DNA of 22,814 bases from contig NW_021836790.1 in assembly GCF_006345805.1 (NCBI RefSeq), positions 1 to 22,814 on the forward strand, in the 5' to 3' direction. A program made the translations under genes and the position numbers. Positions 10,066 to 20,094 of this stretch are shown here, one piece after another (the first letter of the stretch is position 1; each line of letters starts with the position of its first letter). The notes beneath the pieces were generated by a model. That model had not been told where the DNA came from and ran no database searches. It was given only the letters and a program-made list of their open reading frames with translations. The DNA comes from Octopus sinensis. Lineage: Eukaryota.

Positions 10066-11215
10066 CTAATGATAATGGTTATAATAATAATATTTTAATA
10101 TTAATGTTAGTGATGATGATGATGATGATGATAATGGTAATGATGATAATGATACTAATAATAATATCAATAATAATAATGATAATAATAATAATAATAA
10201 CGATAATAATAGCAATAATAATAATAATAATGATGATAATAGTAATAATAATGATAATAATAATAATAATGATAATAATAATAATAATAATAATAATGAT
10301 AATAATAGCAATAATAATAATAATAATGATGATAATAGTAATAATAATAATAATAATATTGATAATAATAGCAATAATAATAATAATAATGACGATAATA
10401 GTACTAATAATAATAATAATGATAATAATAATGATAATAATAATAATAATAACGATAATAATAGCAATAATAATAATAATAATGATGATAATAATAATAA
10501 TAATAATAATGATAATAATAATAATAATATTAATAATAATAATGATAATAATGATAATAATAATAATGATAATAATAGTAATAATAATAATAATGATAAT
10601 ATGATAATAATAATAATGATAATAATAGTAATAATAATAATAATAATAATAATGATAATAATAATAATAACAATAATAATAATAATAATATTAATAATGA
10701 TAATAATAATAATAACAATAATAATAATAATAATAATAATAATGATAATAATAATAACAATAACTATAATAATAATAATAATAATATAATAATGATAATA
10801 ATAATAATATTAATATGATAATAATAATAATAACAATAATAATAATAATAATAATAATGATAATAATAATAACAATAACTATAATAATAATAATAATAAT
10901 ATAATAATGATAATAATAATAATAGTAATATAATAATAATAATAACAATAATAATAATAATATAATATAATGATAATAATATAACAATAACTATAATAAT
11001 AATAATAATAATAATAATGATAATAATAATATAATAATGATAATAATAATAACTAATAATAATAATAATAATATAATGAAATAAATCAAACAATAACTAT
11101 ATAATAAAATAATAATAATAATAATGATAATAATAATAATTTAATAATGATAATAATAATAATATAAACAATAATAATAATAATAATAATAATGATAATA
11201 ATAATTACAATAACT

Positions 11216-11246
<31 letters not shown>

Positions 11247-11400
11247 TAATAATAATAATAATAATAATAATACAAATAGTAACAACATCAATAACAGGAG
11301 TACCAAACTAACAATAATGAAAACAGCAACAATAGTAATAATAATCATAACAACAACAACAGAACGAAAAAACAACAACAATAACAATAACAAAAACTAC
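10066..11400. repeat. ~1.3 kb (ATA)n-based array with higher-order periodicity, grading into (AAC)n
   Basis: Variant motif CAATAACTAT recurs at 10758, 10873, 10985, 11091 and 11208. Variant ATAGCAAT recurs with its G at 10212, 10308, 10371 and 10464. Confidence 0.95.
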
Positions 11401-11455
11401 AGCAGCACCTTGAATAACCTGAAGATGTTAGACAAAATTGAACTAGTCATTTCAG

Positions 11456-11712
11456 TTAGGGAAGTGAAGGAAATCAGCAAAAGAAAAGAACAACTGGAAG
11501 ATTTGGGATCAATATGGCTAAGAAGTGGTTCCACATTCTTCAAAATCCTACAGCTTCTGAACCTGGGTCCCACCATCGGGAGTAGTTTACAGTCCTGCCC
11601 AAGACACGACGCGGCCCCATGGCTTGTAGTGACTTTTGAGTTGCGTTATCGTAAAGTAGCCGAAGCAAGTATAAGAAAAACAAAAGTGCGAGCAAGTCAG
11701 CCAATCGGATGA
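11456..11712 (+). other. Unassigned open frame or candidate exon in non-repetitive sequence
   Basis: Stop-free frame VREVKEISKRKEQLEDLGSIWLRSGSTFFKILQLLNLGP...SQPIG* follows a TTTCAG. GC is visibly higher than in the flanks. I recognise no protein family. Confidence 0.2.
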
Positions 11713-11772
11713 TGACGCCGACGCCGAAGAGAGGTCCAGTATTTTTTTGTAACACTCGTGTTTCTTATTTTA

Positions 11773-12169
11773 CTAGCAGTATCGCACGGCGTTGCTCGAG
11801 TTTGCTTCAACCCTTGAGAATTGAAATTTTTGAAAAGTAAAAATTTTGCATTATGTAGCTTGTTATTCTCTTTAAGTGAACATTTTTCTGGTTGAAATAC
11901 ACTGAAAAATGCCGACACAGCAGTAAAAAAATCGTAAAAAAAATAGGAATTTTTCGTAGAAAAAAAGCCCCTTTTTGATGTAAATAATTTTTGGTCTTAA
12001 CATGGTCTGATTTGAATTTTTTCTTCTACGAAAGGAAGAGCAAGCCTTCTTCTATCATACTCTCAATTTTGGACAACTTGCGCCGCAGGGTCTCGGAGGA
12101 GATAGTGTTAGCTGAAGGCTACCAAACCTGCCATACACAGACAACTTCAGCTTTATATATATAGAGAGA
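11773..12169 (-). mobile_element. Non-autonomous Helitron, copy 3 (397 bp), related termini but unrelated body
   Basis: Plus strand A|CTAGCAGTATCGCACGGCGTTGCTCGAG ... CAACTTCAGCTTTATATATATAGAGAGA|T. The ends match copies 1 and 2; by eye the interior does not. Confidence 0.75.
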
Positions 12170-12889
12170 TTTACGCCGTGAGTTCAAATTTCCCACCCCA
12201 GGCTCGTATTTGAGAAATTTACTCTTTTTTTTATTCTTTTCCGGTTACGTTGGGGTTGACTATAGAATAACCATCACTCAAGTACTACAATCGATATAAT
12301 CAATATTCCCCACCCACTAAATACTTCCCATTATTGTTCGGATGCCCCAAATCAATATTTACAGATTCCACAACGAATCGCTTCCCTCCCACTCATTTCA
12401 TGTCTACGGCTATAATTTATCTGTTTTTTCCGCAACATTGCTCAGCCAGATGTTAAAAAAATGTTTCACCCATCACTGGTTGTCTAATCGACTATTGTTA
12501 TTTATTTTCTATCTCTTACTCTCTCTCTCTCTCCGTATTTGTTTTATTTTTTCTTGTGTAATTATTAATTGTCAATCATTGATTATGTGTGTACTCATAA
12601 TTAAACCTTTTCTTTTCCCCCTACCCACCCACCACGCCGCCCCCACCGTTCGTCCGATAATTTCTGCTTCATTGCTAGCTTTACTTTCGTTGTTGGCTTA
12701 ATTCCGCTGTCTGATCGTTGTTGCATACATCATCATCATCATCATCATTATCATCATCGTCACCGCCGTCGCCGTCGTGCTCTTTCTCTTCCGCTTCCTC
12801 CTCCTTCTCCTCATTCTTATTTTTGCCGTTGTTATTGCTTTGTGTAACAAAGCTCTTTGAAAGATTTGGATTTTCCATGTTTAATTTGG

Positions 12890-13267
12890 TTTACTCTTTT
12901 ACTTGTTTCAGTCATTTGACCAAAGCCATGCTGGAGCACCGCCTTTTAGTCGAGCAAATCGACCCCAGGACTTATTCTTTGTAAGCCTAGTACTTATTCT
13001 ATCGGTCTCTTTTGCCGAACTGCTAGGTTGTCAAGCGATGTTTGGGGGACAGACATAGACACACAAACATATACAGACACATACATACATATATACATAT
13101 ATACGACGGGCTTCTTTCAGTTTCCATCTACCAAATCCACTCACAAGACTTTGGTCGGCCCGAGGCTATAGCAGAAGACACTTGCCCAAGGTGCCAAGCA
13201 GTGGGAAGGAACCCGGAACCATGTGGTTGGTAAGCAAGCTACTTACCACACATCTACCCCTGCGCCT
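12890..13267 (-). mobile_element. Full-length SINE: head H1, internal (TG/TATG) microsatellite, tail T2
   Basis: Minus-strand head AGGCGCAGGGGTAGATGTGTGGTAAG...GGTTCCGGGTTCC...GGCACCTTGGGCAAGTGTCTTC. Microsatellite at about 13050-13103. Tail TTCGGCAAAAGAGACCGATAGAATAAG...TGGGGTCGATTTGCTCGACTAA...GACTGAAACAAGTAAAAGAG. Confidence 0.88.
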
Positions 13268-13593
13268 ATGATAGAAAACATTATTTTTCTTCCTTTTCAT
13301 TTTGTTAACGAGAGATTTTGGAATCTGTGAAAGTCCGGTCTTGTTTATTTGGAGGCGGAAAAATAATATTTGTGGTCGGGCATTTTGTTGTATATTTCAT
13401 ACTTCTGAAAACGTATGTTTACTCGTAAAATAAATCGTGTGTCTTCGCGGAGGTTAGCGGTATGAGGTACTAGTCACAAAAGCACTAGTTACGGATACAA
13501 CCTCAAGAATTTCGAAAAATATTGTGATTACAAAATTATAGATTTTAAATAACTAATTAAACAGACAGAAATCATTAAGAATACATTTGCAAT

Positions 13594-14046
13594 GAAAGTA
13601 CTCAGAAAAAAAAAGTCGATTGTTCAAAAGAATACACATGTAAAGACGAGGTTACGCCTTTTAACAATTGGTCGTAGCCGAAATTTTATTAATGAATAAA
13701 ACAGAAACGGCTTTGCCAGTATTGTTAGACAGAAAGACGGACAGAAATACTGATATACTCAAGTTAACTTTATAAAAACAAAGCGTAGAAAAGAAAGAGC
13801 GTGTAAAATACAAGTAGCAAAAAGTGGTACCTCTTTGCCTGACTGTTTCATTTAGAAATAAAATAAATATAATTGAAAGAAAAATATTACGAACATAGAC
13901 ATTTACACGGAAAGTAGTCAGAAAAATGTCGAATCCGCAAAAGAATACATTTGTGAAGACAAACTTTCGTCTTTTAATAGGGAGCGGCAGATAAAATTAT
14001 AATAAAGCCAACAAAAACAGCTCCGTCAGCATGGTTAGTCAGAAAT
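13594..14046. repeat. Old degenerate local duplication (~165 bp units, 316 bp apart)
   Basis: GAAAGTACTCAGAAAA..GTCGA..CAAAAGAATACA..TGT.AAGAC..CTTTTAA (13594) versus GAAAGTAGTCAGAAAA..GTCGA..CAAAAGAATACA..TGT.AAGAC..CTTTTAA (13910). The second unit continues after the SINE at 14443. Confidence 0.65.
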
Positions 14047-14431
14047 GGAAGCACTCCGTCGGTTACGACGACGAGGGTTCCGGTTGATCCGAATCAACGG
14101 AACAGCCTGCTCGTGAAATTAACGTGTAAGTGGCTGAGCACTCCACAGACACGTGTACCCTTAACGTAGTTCTCGGGGATATTCAGCGTGACACAGAGAG
14201 TGACAAGGCCGGCCCTTTGAAATACAGGTACAACAGAAACAGGAAGTAAGAGTGAGAGAAAGTTGTGGTGAAAGAGTACAGCAGGGATCACCACCATCCC
14301 CTGCCGGAGCCTCGTGAAGCTTTAGGTGTTTTCGCTCAATAAACACTCACAACGCCCGGTCTGGGAATCGAAACCGCGATCCTATGACCGCGAGTCCGGT
14401 GCCCTAACCACTGGGCCATTGCGCCTCCACG
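14047..14431 (-). mobile_element. Full-length tRNA-derived SINE (head H4, tail T3) with 11 bp TSD
   Basis: Minus-strand head GTGGAGGCGCAATGGCCCAGTGGTTAGGG (A box) ... TTTCGATTCC (B box). TSD TAGTCAGAAAT at 14036-14046 and 14432-14442. Confidence 0.92.
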
Positions 14432-14599
14432 TAGTCAGAAATATTGAATTTCTGAAGTTTGCTTTCTGAAAAAAAGAAAAAGAAAGAACGTATAGGATGT
14501 GTATAAGATATATATGACGGAAATTAGAGCCTCATTGCCAGACTATGTCCCCTAGAAAAATTTCATAACTCTGTTTGTGTAAAAAGGAGGGAGCATCCA

Positions 14600-15240
14600 T
14601 CTGCTCTCACAGGATATCTTCGAGGAAGCACTTGCTGATGTATTGAGCGTTGTTTGATCAATGAAACAAAACATAGTGTCTGGTATTTTGTGCAAAGGTG
14701 GCGAGCTGGCAGAAACGTGAGCGCGCCGGACGAAATGCTTTGCGGTATTTCGCATGCCGTTACATTTTGAGTTCAAATTCCGCCGAGGCCGACTTTGCCT
14801 TTCATCCTTTCGGGGTCAATTAAATAAGTACCAGTTACGCACTGGGGTCGATATAATCGACTTCATCCGTTTGTCTGTCCTTGTTTGTCCTCTCTGTGTT
14901 TGGCCCCTTGTGGGTAGTAGAGAAATGGGTATTTTGTGATTTTCAGAACAAAAACTTGATATTGCCACAGATAGAATTAGTAATGGGTAACCAGAAAAGG
15001 AGCACTTGCCTGATCGTATTTCCATTACTCATGGACACAAGTTTGCCGTCTCTTATGCTTTTTTCTGTTGCTACCACAATGGTCTATGTTCCACAGACTT
15101 TGCTTCTCATGTCCCTGCGCCAGTCAGGCACAACCTCAACAGCTTGCTTAACCTCACGATCGCAAGATCACACCACTTCATTTCACGTGACCCCAGCTTT
15201 CTAAACTCTCCTACAGCACATTGTAGCGAAGAAATTATAC
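14600..15240 (+). mobile_element. Decayed CR1-group LINE ORF2 C-terminal (thumb) fragment, split by a SINE
   Basis: KHLLMY*A before the SINE. After it come KLDIATDRI and THGHKFAVSYAFFCCYHNGLCSTDFASHVP, resembling the CR1-group C-terminus LDRIQ...HRRxVAxLSLFYRYYxGxCSxELxxxVP. Confidence 0.55.
14693..14927 (+). mobile_element. tRNA-derived SINE (head H2, tail T1)
   Basis: AAGGTGGCGAGCTGGCAGAAACG ... GAGTTCAAATTCC ... TGGGGTCGATATAATCGAC. Candidate TSD GGTATTTTGTG at 14682-14692 and 14928-14938. Confidence 0.92.
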
Positions 15241-15419
15241 AATATCGGTAGAGAAATTCGAGAAACTTCAAAAAAAAAAAAGTACGAAAACGGTTATTTC
15301 TCCGAAAACAATGTTACTATACGCAAAATTTTATAACATTCTTCGAAGATAACGATTTAAATATATTTTTCAACCATATAACACAAATGTTCTGTAGTTC
15401 TTTCACTGTTTTATCTTTT

Positions 15420-15494
15420 ATATTATACATTACATTTATATTATATATATGTATGTATAGATATATATATAGAGATATATATATATATATATAT

Positions 15495-15531
<37 letters not shown>

Positions 15532-15625
15532 ATATATGTATAATAATATATATGATATATATGTATATATATATATATATATAGATATATAGTATATATA
15601 ATATATATATATATATATATAATAT

Positions 15626-15679
<54 letters not shown>

Positions 15680-15754
15680 TATATGTATATATATTATAGA
15701 TATGTATATATTGGAGATATATATATAATATATATATATGTATATATATGTATA

Positions 15755-15808
<54 letters not shown>

Positions 15809-15813
15809 GTATA

Positions 15814-15848
<35 letters not shown>

Positions 15849-15910
15849 GTATGTATGTGTGTATATATATATATACATATATATATATATACGTATATAT
15901 ACACATGGAT
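15420..15910. repeat. Long (TA)n-dominated microsatellite
   Basis: Directly visible. Confidence 0.97.
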
Positions 15911-16389
15911 GTATGCATACAACCCAAAGATAAATTTTGTAACGCATTTTGTGTGAAATATATTGTATATATGTGTAAGACCGTTGCATCCAAAAAATCA
16001 ATAACAACAACAACAATAATAATAACAACAGTTGCAGGTGTTTGAAGCGTCTAGCAGATAAAGGCAGACAGTTATATTGAATAGACTAGGTCTGCTAGTG
16101 GATTGATGTATGATATTTCTATTATGCAACGTTCGAGAAGCTTTACAATGATGATGTGATAGGTTGGTTATTGAATAGAAAATGGAAGGTTCTTAGTAAT
16201 GGCTGCCAGTTACATCATTCCGTATGACATCAGTTGTAATAAATATCGGAAGAATAAAATCCCGCCCACAAAATATTCACACGCGAACACACAAACACAT
16301 GGTCTGTTTGTCTCTCTCTCTCTCTCTCTTTATCCCTTCTCACTGTTTCTCCCATATATTCTTCCGTACACACATAACGACGGGAATAC

Positions 16390-16428
16390 ATATATATATG
16401 TGTGTGTGTTCGTCGATCCACATCTATG

Positions 16429-16474
<46 letters not shown>

Positions 16475-16602
16475 GTGTGTGTGTGTGTGTGCGTGTGTGT
16501 GTTTATGCGTGTGTGTGTGCGTGCGTGTGTGCGTGTGTCTGTGTATGTGTGTGTATAAATATATATGGATAAACACACTGAAGCAAGTAAAATAATAAAA
16601 GA

Positions 16603-16656
<54 letters not shown>

Positions 16657-16670
16657 TTTGTCTGTGTGTG
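16390..16670. repeat. (TA)n/(TG)n compound microsatellites
   Basis: Directly visible. Confidence 0.95.
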
Positions 16671-17096
16671 CGTGTTTATGAATTTGTGTTGCAAGATTCC
16701 TGATGTGAAACCGTGTGTTGAAACAGATTTTGTTGTATTTCGGGATGGTCTTTGTTTTTGGCAAATAAACACATGCACTATATATTCCCCCTGCACCCAT
16801 TATTCTTATTCCAGCTCATGAACATGCGTGGGTTCATTTGTAAAAAAAAAACCCCCAAAACCCCCAGAAAACAAAAAAAAACGACCATCCCGAAACTGTG
16901 GCATTTGTTACTTCTGCTAGCCAGTATAGCTGTACATTATGTAATAGAATATGTAAATGCTTGGCTGGGCTCAAGTCATACAAGAGCCTCACATTGCATC
17001 ATCAATAACTTATTTCAATGATTATTTCTAGTAATGGCTTTGTTGGTATACGAGAAAGCAGCTACTGTACATGCATAGATGCACACATATATAAGC

Positions 17097-18240
17097 CAAT
17101 CAATTCAACTAGACATAGAGCGATATTATGCCAATGTTGACCCTAGCCTCTTAAATAAGGCTTTAATCTTTGCTAGAAATATTTCGGATCATTCTAGATA
17201 CGAAATTAACATAATACTAGCTAGCCGCGCGAGGAAACTTGGTAGATTTTTGATAATAATTTATGGAATAGATTTGCCACGCCAAATGCGTTTGACATAG
17301 CTGTAGGATCAATTGATTCTGCAGAAGTAACTGACCATGTAGAAATTTACACCCTATCCCAGATACAGTATATACTCCTGGATTGAATGGAGGCCTATAC
17401 AGGGATGACGCATTATTCTTCCTACATAAATGTAGCAAAGTACAACTTGAAAAGTACAAAAATCTCTATTTAAGTTTTTTTTTAATAATGGACTATCCAT
17501 CACTATAATCAATGAATGCCGTAGAGTCAACTTTTGAGATGCTACTTTTGACTTAGATACTGATCTACATGAACCGTTCCATAAACCTAATGAGAACCTA
17601 AAATATATCAATGTTGGATCTAATCATCCACCATTAATTGAGAGCCTTATTAGCAACATCTCGGCTAGAATATCCAGGTTTTCTGCAAATGAAAATATAT
17701 TCAACATACACGCAGCTTATTATAGCTCAGCCTTAGCCAAGGCCGGATACCGTGAGAAAATCCAATATACCAGTAGTAATAAACTCTTATCTCAACTAGA
17801 GATAATACGATTCATTATAACAACATTGCCAGACACAACAATAGCAAGAAAGACAATATAAAAAAAACCTAGATAATAGAATCTCAAACCATAAGATAAG
17901 ACTAACCAAACCCAAACACATTAGAATCAAACATGAGTTAAAGAAAACTTACAATAGACAACAAATTAAACAATTACCACCACAAAATCCAATTTCCGCT
18001 CCAAGCACCAGACAAAAGACCTAACCAAAAATATAAAACCATGACGTACTTTGGTATAACCCAGTCTGGAACTCCAGCATCTCATCTAATGTCGCGAAGC
18101 AATTTTTCGCCGCACTTGATCGCTGCTTCCCAAATAATGGAGTGTACAGCAAAATATTTAACCGTCACACTATAAAACTATCCTATGCAAATTCATCAAA
18201 TTTAGAGCACCGTATTCATAGGATTAACAATCGTAAACGG
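17097..18240 (+). pseudogene. PLE reverse transcriptase, thumb and linker (frameshifted, with stops)
   Basis: In order: IQLDIERYYANVDPSLLNKALIFA; FDIAVGSIDSAEVTD; GGLYRDDAL (YRDD 17398-17409); GLSITI..VNF*DATFDL..EPFHKPNENLKYINVGSNHPP (SNHPP 17619-17633); ISARISRFSANENIF..ALAKAGY; VLWYNP (WYNP 18052-18063); KIFNRHTIKLSY. These are hallmark PLE motifs. Confidence 0.9.
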
Positions 18241-19095
18241 AGGCGAAGATTAGTCAGCACTCAAAATAATCTTCTTGACATTAACTATAGCTCATATGAC
18301 CAACCTAAAGACAACGTTTATAACTCGAATTATACTACCAATCAACAGAGCAATTCTTATAATATCCATGATAACCATCCAAAAAACAACACCAGCAACA
18401 ATCCAAATAATGAACTGAGAACACCTAGTGATATTAAAACAATATTGACAATCAAAATACCGAACAGAACCAATCCCTCTCGTTATAAATAAATTCACTG
18501 AACAATTACCCAGATGCCTATACGCAGCTAAGCACACATTTACATACTACAATCCAGACCATATATACTTGATATATACATGGTGCCCACATCCCTTAAT
18601 ACACATGAACTTGAGGAACCATATTTGAATGACCTGTATTTGACATATCATCTTGAAATCTAGATCCTTATATGTATTCGTCCATGCGTGTATCTAGTTG
18701 TATGTATATATCTGTATACTTGGATATCCGTGTGTGAGCGCGTATGTATAAGTGTGTGCGTATATAAATATATATATATATACGTGTGTGTGTGTGTGTG
18801 TGTGTGTGTATGTATATGTGCATCTAAGCACGAATACAAAAAGTTTCGTCTAAGTATCATCTTCCTTTCAACTTCTACTTCCTTTTCTTTCTCTTAACAG
18901 TTACAACAGATGACGGCTCAAAACGACATTTTCTCTAAACTAGAATGTATAATTTTCACGTTCATATTTGAATTTTTTGCGTTTCGATTCTTCTGTTTTT
19001 TTTTACTCATTCCCAACGTTGCTGGACATATAGTGGTACATAAAACCGAGTCAGAAAATCTCTAGTGAGACATTTTATTTTTTTTATTTATTTAT

Positions 19096-19137
19096 GTACC
19101 CGATGAGACCCAGAACGGGTCAAAGCATGTGTCGTAC
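19096..19137 (+). ncRNA. Degenerate minimal type-I hammerhead ribozyme in the PLE 3' region
   Basis: GTAC-CCGATGA-GACCC agaac GGGTC-AAAG-CATGT-GTC-GTAC. Helix I is GTAC/GTAC, helix II is a perfect 5 bp, the cleavage triplet is GUC, and helix III contains palindromic CATG. The core differs from CUGAUGA/GAAA at three positions. Confidence 0.65.
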
Positions 19138-19286
19138 TAAATAAATCTTTTATTCCCATCTATTTTATTAATACTGTTACCTCAACCGCCACTTCGAAGT
19201 TCCTGCAATAAATCTACGAATAACAACAGGGAATCGAAGCTGTGCCGGTGCTTTACTCATCATCTACTTTTGTATAATCTCTCCTT

Positions 19287-19319
<33 letters not shown>

Positions 19320-19331
19320 TATATATAATAT

Positions 19332-19469
19332 ACAAATGGGACAATAACGCAAAACATCCAGAAGACGATACAAAAAACAGGGACGGGTCATTCGAAGCCT
19401 TTAATCTTCAGTCAAGAAGCGGATCATCCTCGCAATTTCGGCTGATATCTGCCAAGATTTTTAATCCCG
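19332..19469 (-). mobile_element. (TA)n-anchored repeat family F, copy 1
   Basis: Minus strand CAGCCGAAATTGCGAGGATGATCCGCTTCTTGACTGAAGATTAAAGGCTTCGAATGACCCGTC aligns to 21357-21465. Confidence 0.7.
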
Positions 19470-19538
19470 TCTCTCTCTCTCTCCACACACCACACACACC
19501 ACACACAACACACACACACACACACACACACACACCAC

Positions 19539-19574
<36 letters not shown>

Positions 19575-19779
19575 TATATATATGTGGTAATATATATGTG
19601 TATATAAATATATATATATATATATATATAATATAAATGTTATATATATTATATATAAATGTATATATATATGTATATATATAAATATATGTGTGTGTAT
19701 ATATATATATGTATATACATACATACATACATACATACATACATACATACATACATACATTCATACATATATATATATA

Positions 19780-19851
19780 GGGAGAGTTCACGAAAAAAAT
19801 AAAAGACGAACACAGGTGGTGTACAAAACAAACCGATGTATTAGTATAACG
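19780..19851 (-). mobile_element. Repeat family E fragment, truncated by a SINE head
   Basis: GGGAGAGTTCACGAAAAAAATAAAAGACGAACACAGGTGGTG..GTATTAGTATAACG matches 22226-22294. Confidence 0.75.
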
Positions 19852-19944
19852 TGGCCGTGCGGCAAGAAGCTCTACCCAACCACATGGTTCGGGGTTTTTT
19901 CCCACTGCTTGGCACCTTGGGCAAGTGCCTACCGCTATAGCCTC
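19851..19944 (+). mobile_element. SINE head H1 fragment
   Basis: GTGGCCGTGCGGCAAGAAGC..CCCAACCACATGGTTCGGGG..CCCACTGCTTGGCACCTTGGGCAAGTG..CTATAGCCTC; matches the reverse complement of 13170-13260. Confidence 0.85.
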
Positions 19945-20094
19945 ATACTCTAATAATGATTTATTTCACTTTATTGAGATTTTTCTTAAAAGATTTACCA
20001 AAAGCATTTACAAAATCTTTTCTTCAAATTCCGTTTTCCATCACGTGGTTAATCTTCTATCCCGTCACTTAACTCATTCATATTGTATGTTCTA

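Larger units (their letters stand above)
17097..19287 (+). mobile_element. 5'-truncated Penelope-like retroelement (RT, linker, non-coding 3' region with hammerhead motif), ending in (TA)n
   Basis: RT and linker motifs at 17097-18240, hammerhead-like motif at 19096-19137, and a pyrimidine-rich end CTTTTGTATAATCTCTCCTTT joined to (TA)n. The 3' boundary is inferred. Confidence 0.7.

Noticed and set aside
10066-11280. Telomeric or CRISPR-like interpretation of the long array
   Set aside because: There are no TTAGGG-type units and no constant repeat with unique spacers; it is a degenerate trinucleotide array in eukaryotic DNA.
13586-13650. Peptide FAMKVLRKKKSIVQK resembling AGC-kinase subdomain II (AMKVLKK)
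   Set aside because: No glycine-rich loop upstream, no downstream kinase motifs, nearby stops, no splice signals, and the paralogous repeat unit does not preserve this frame. Likely chance in A-rich DNA.
17535-17537. In-frame TGA in the PLE RT as a possible selenocysteine codon (known in some Naiad PLEs)
   Set aside because: It replaces the conserved Leu of the FLD motif (one change from TTA), not a Cys, and the ORF has other stops and frameshifts, so it is ordinary decay.
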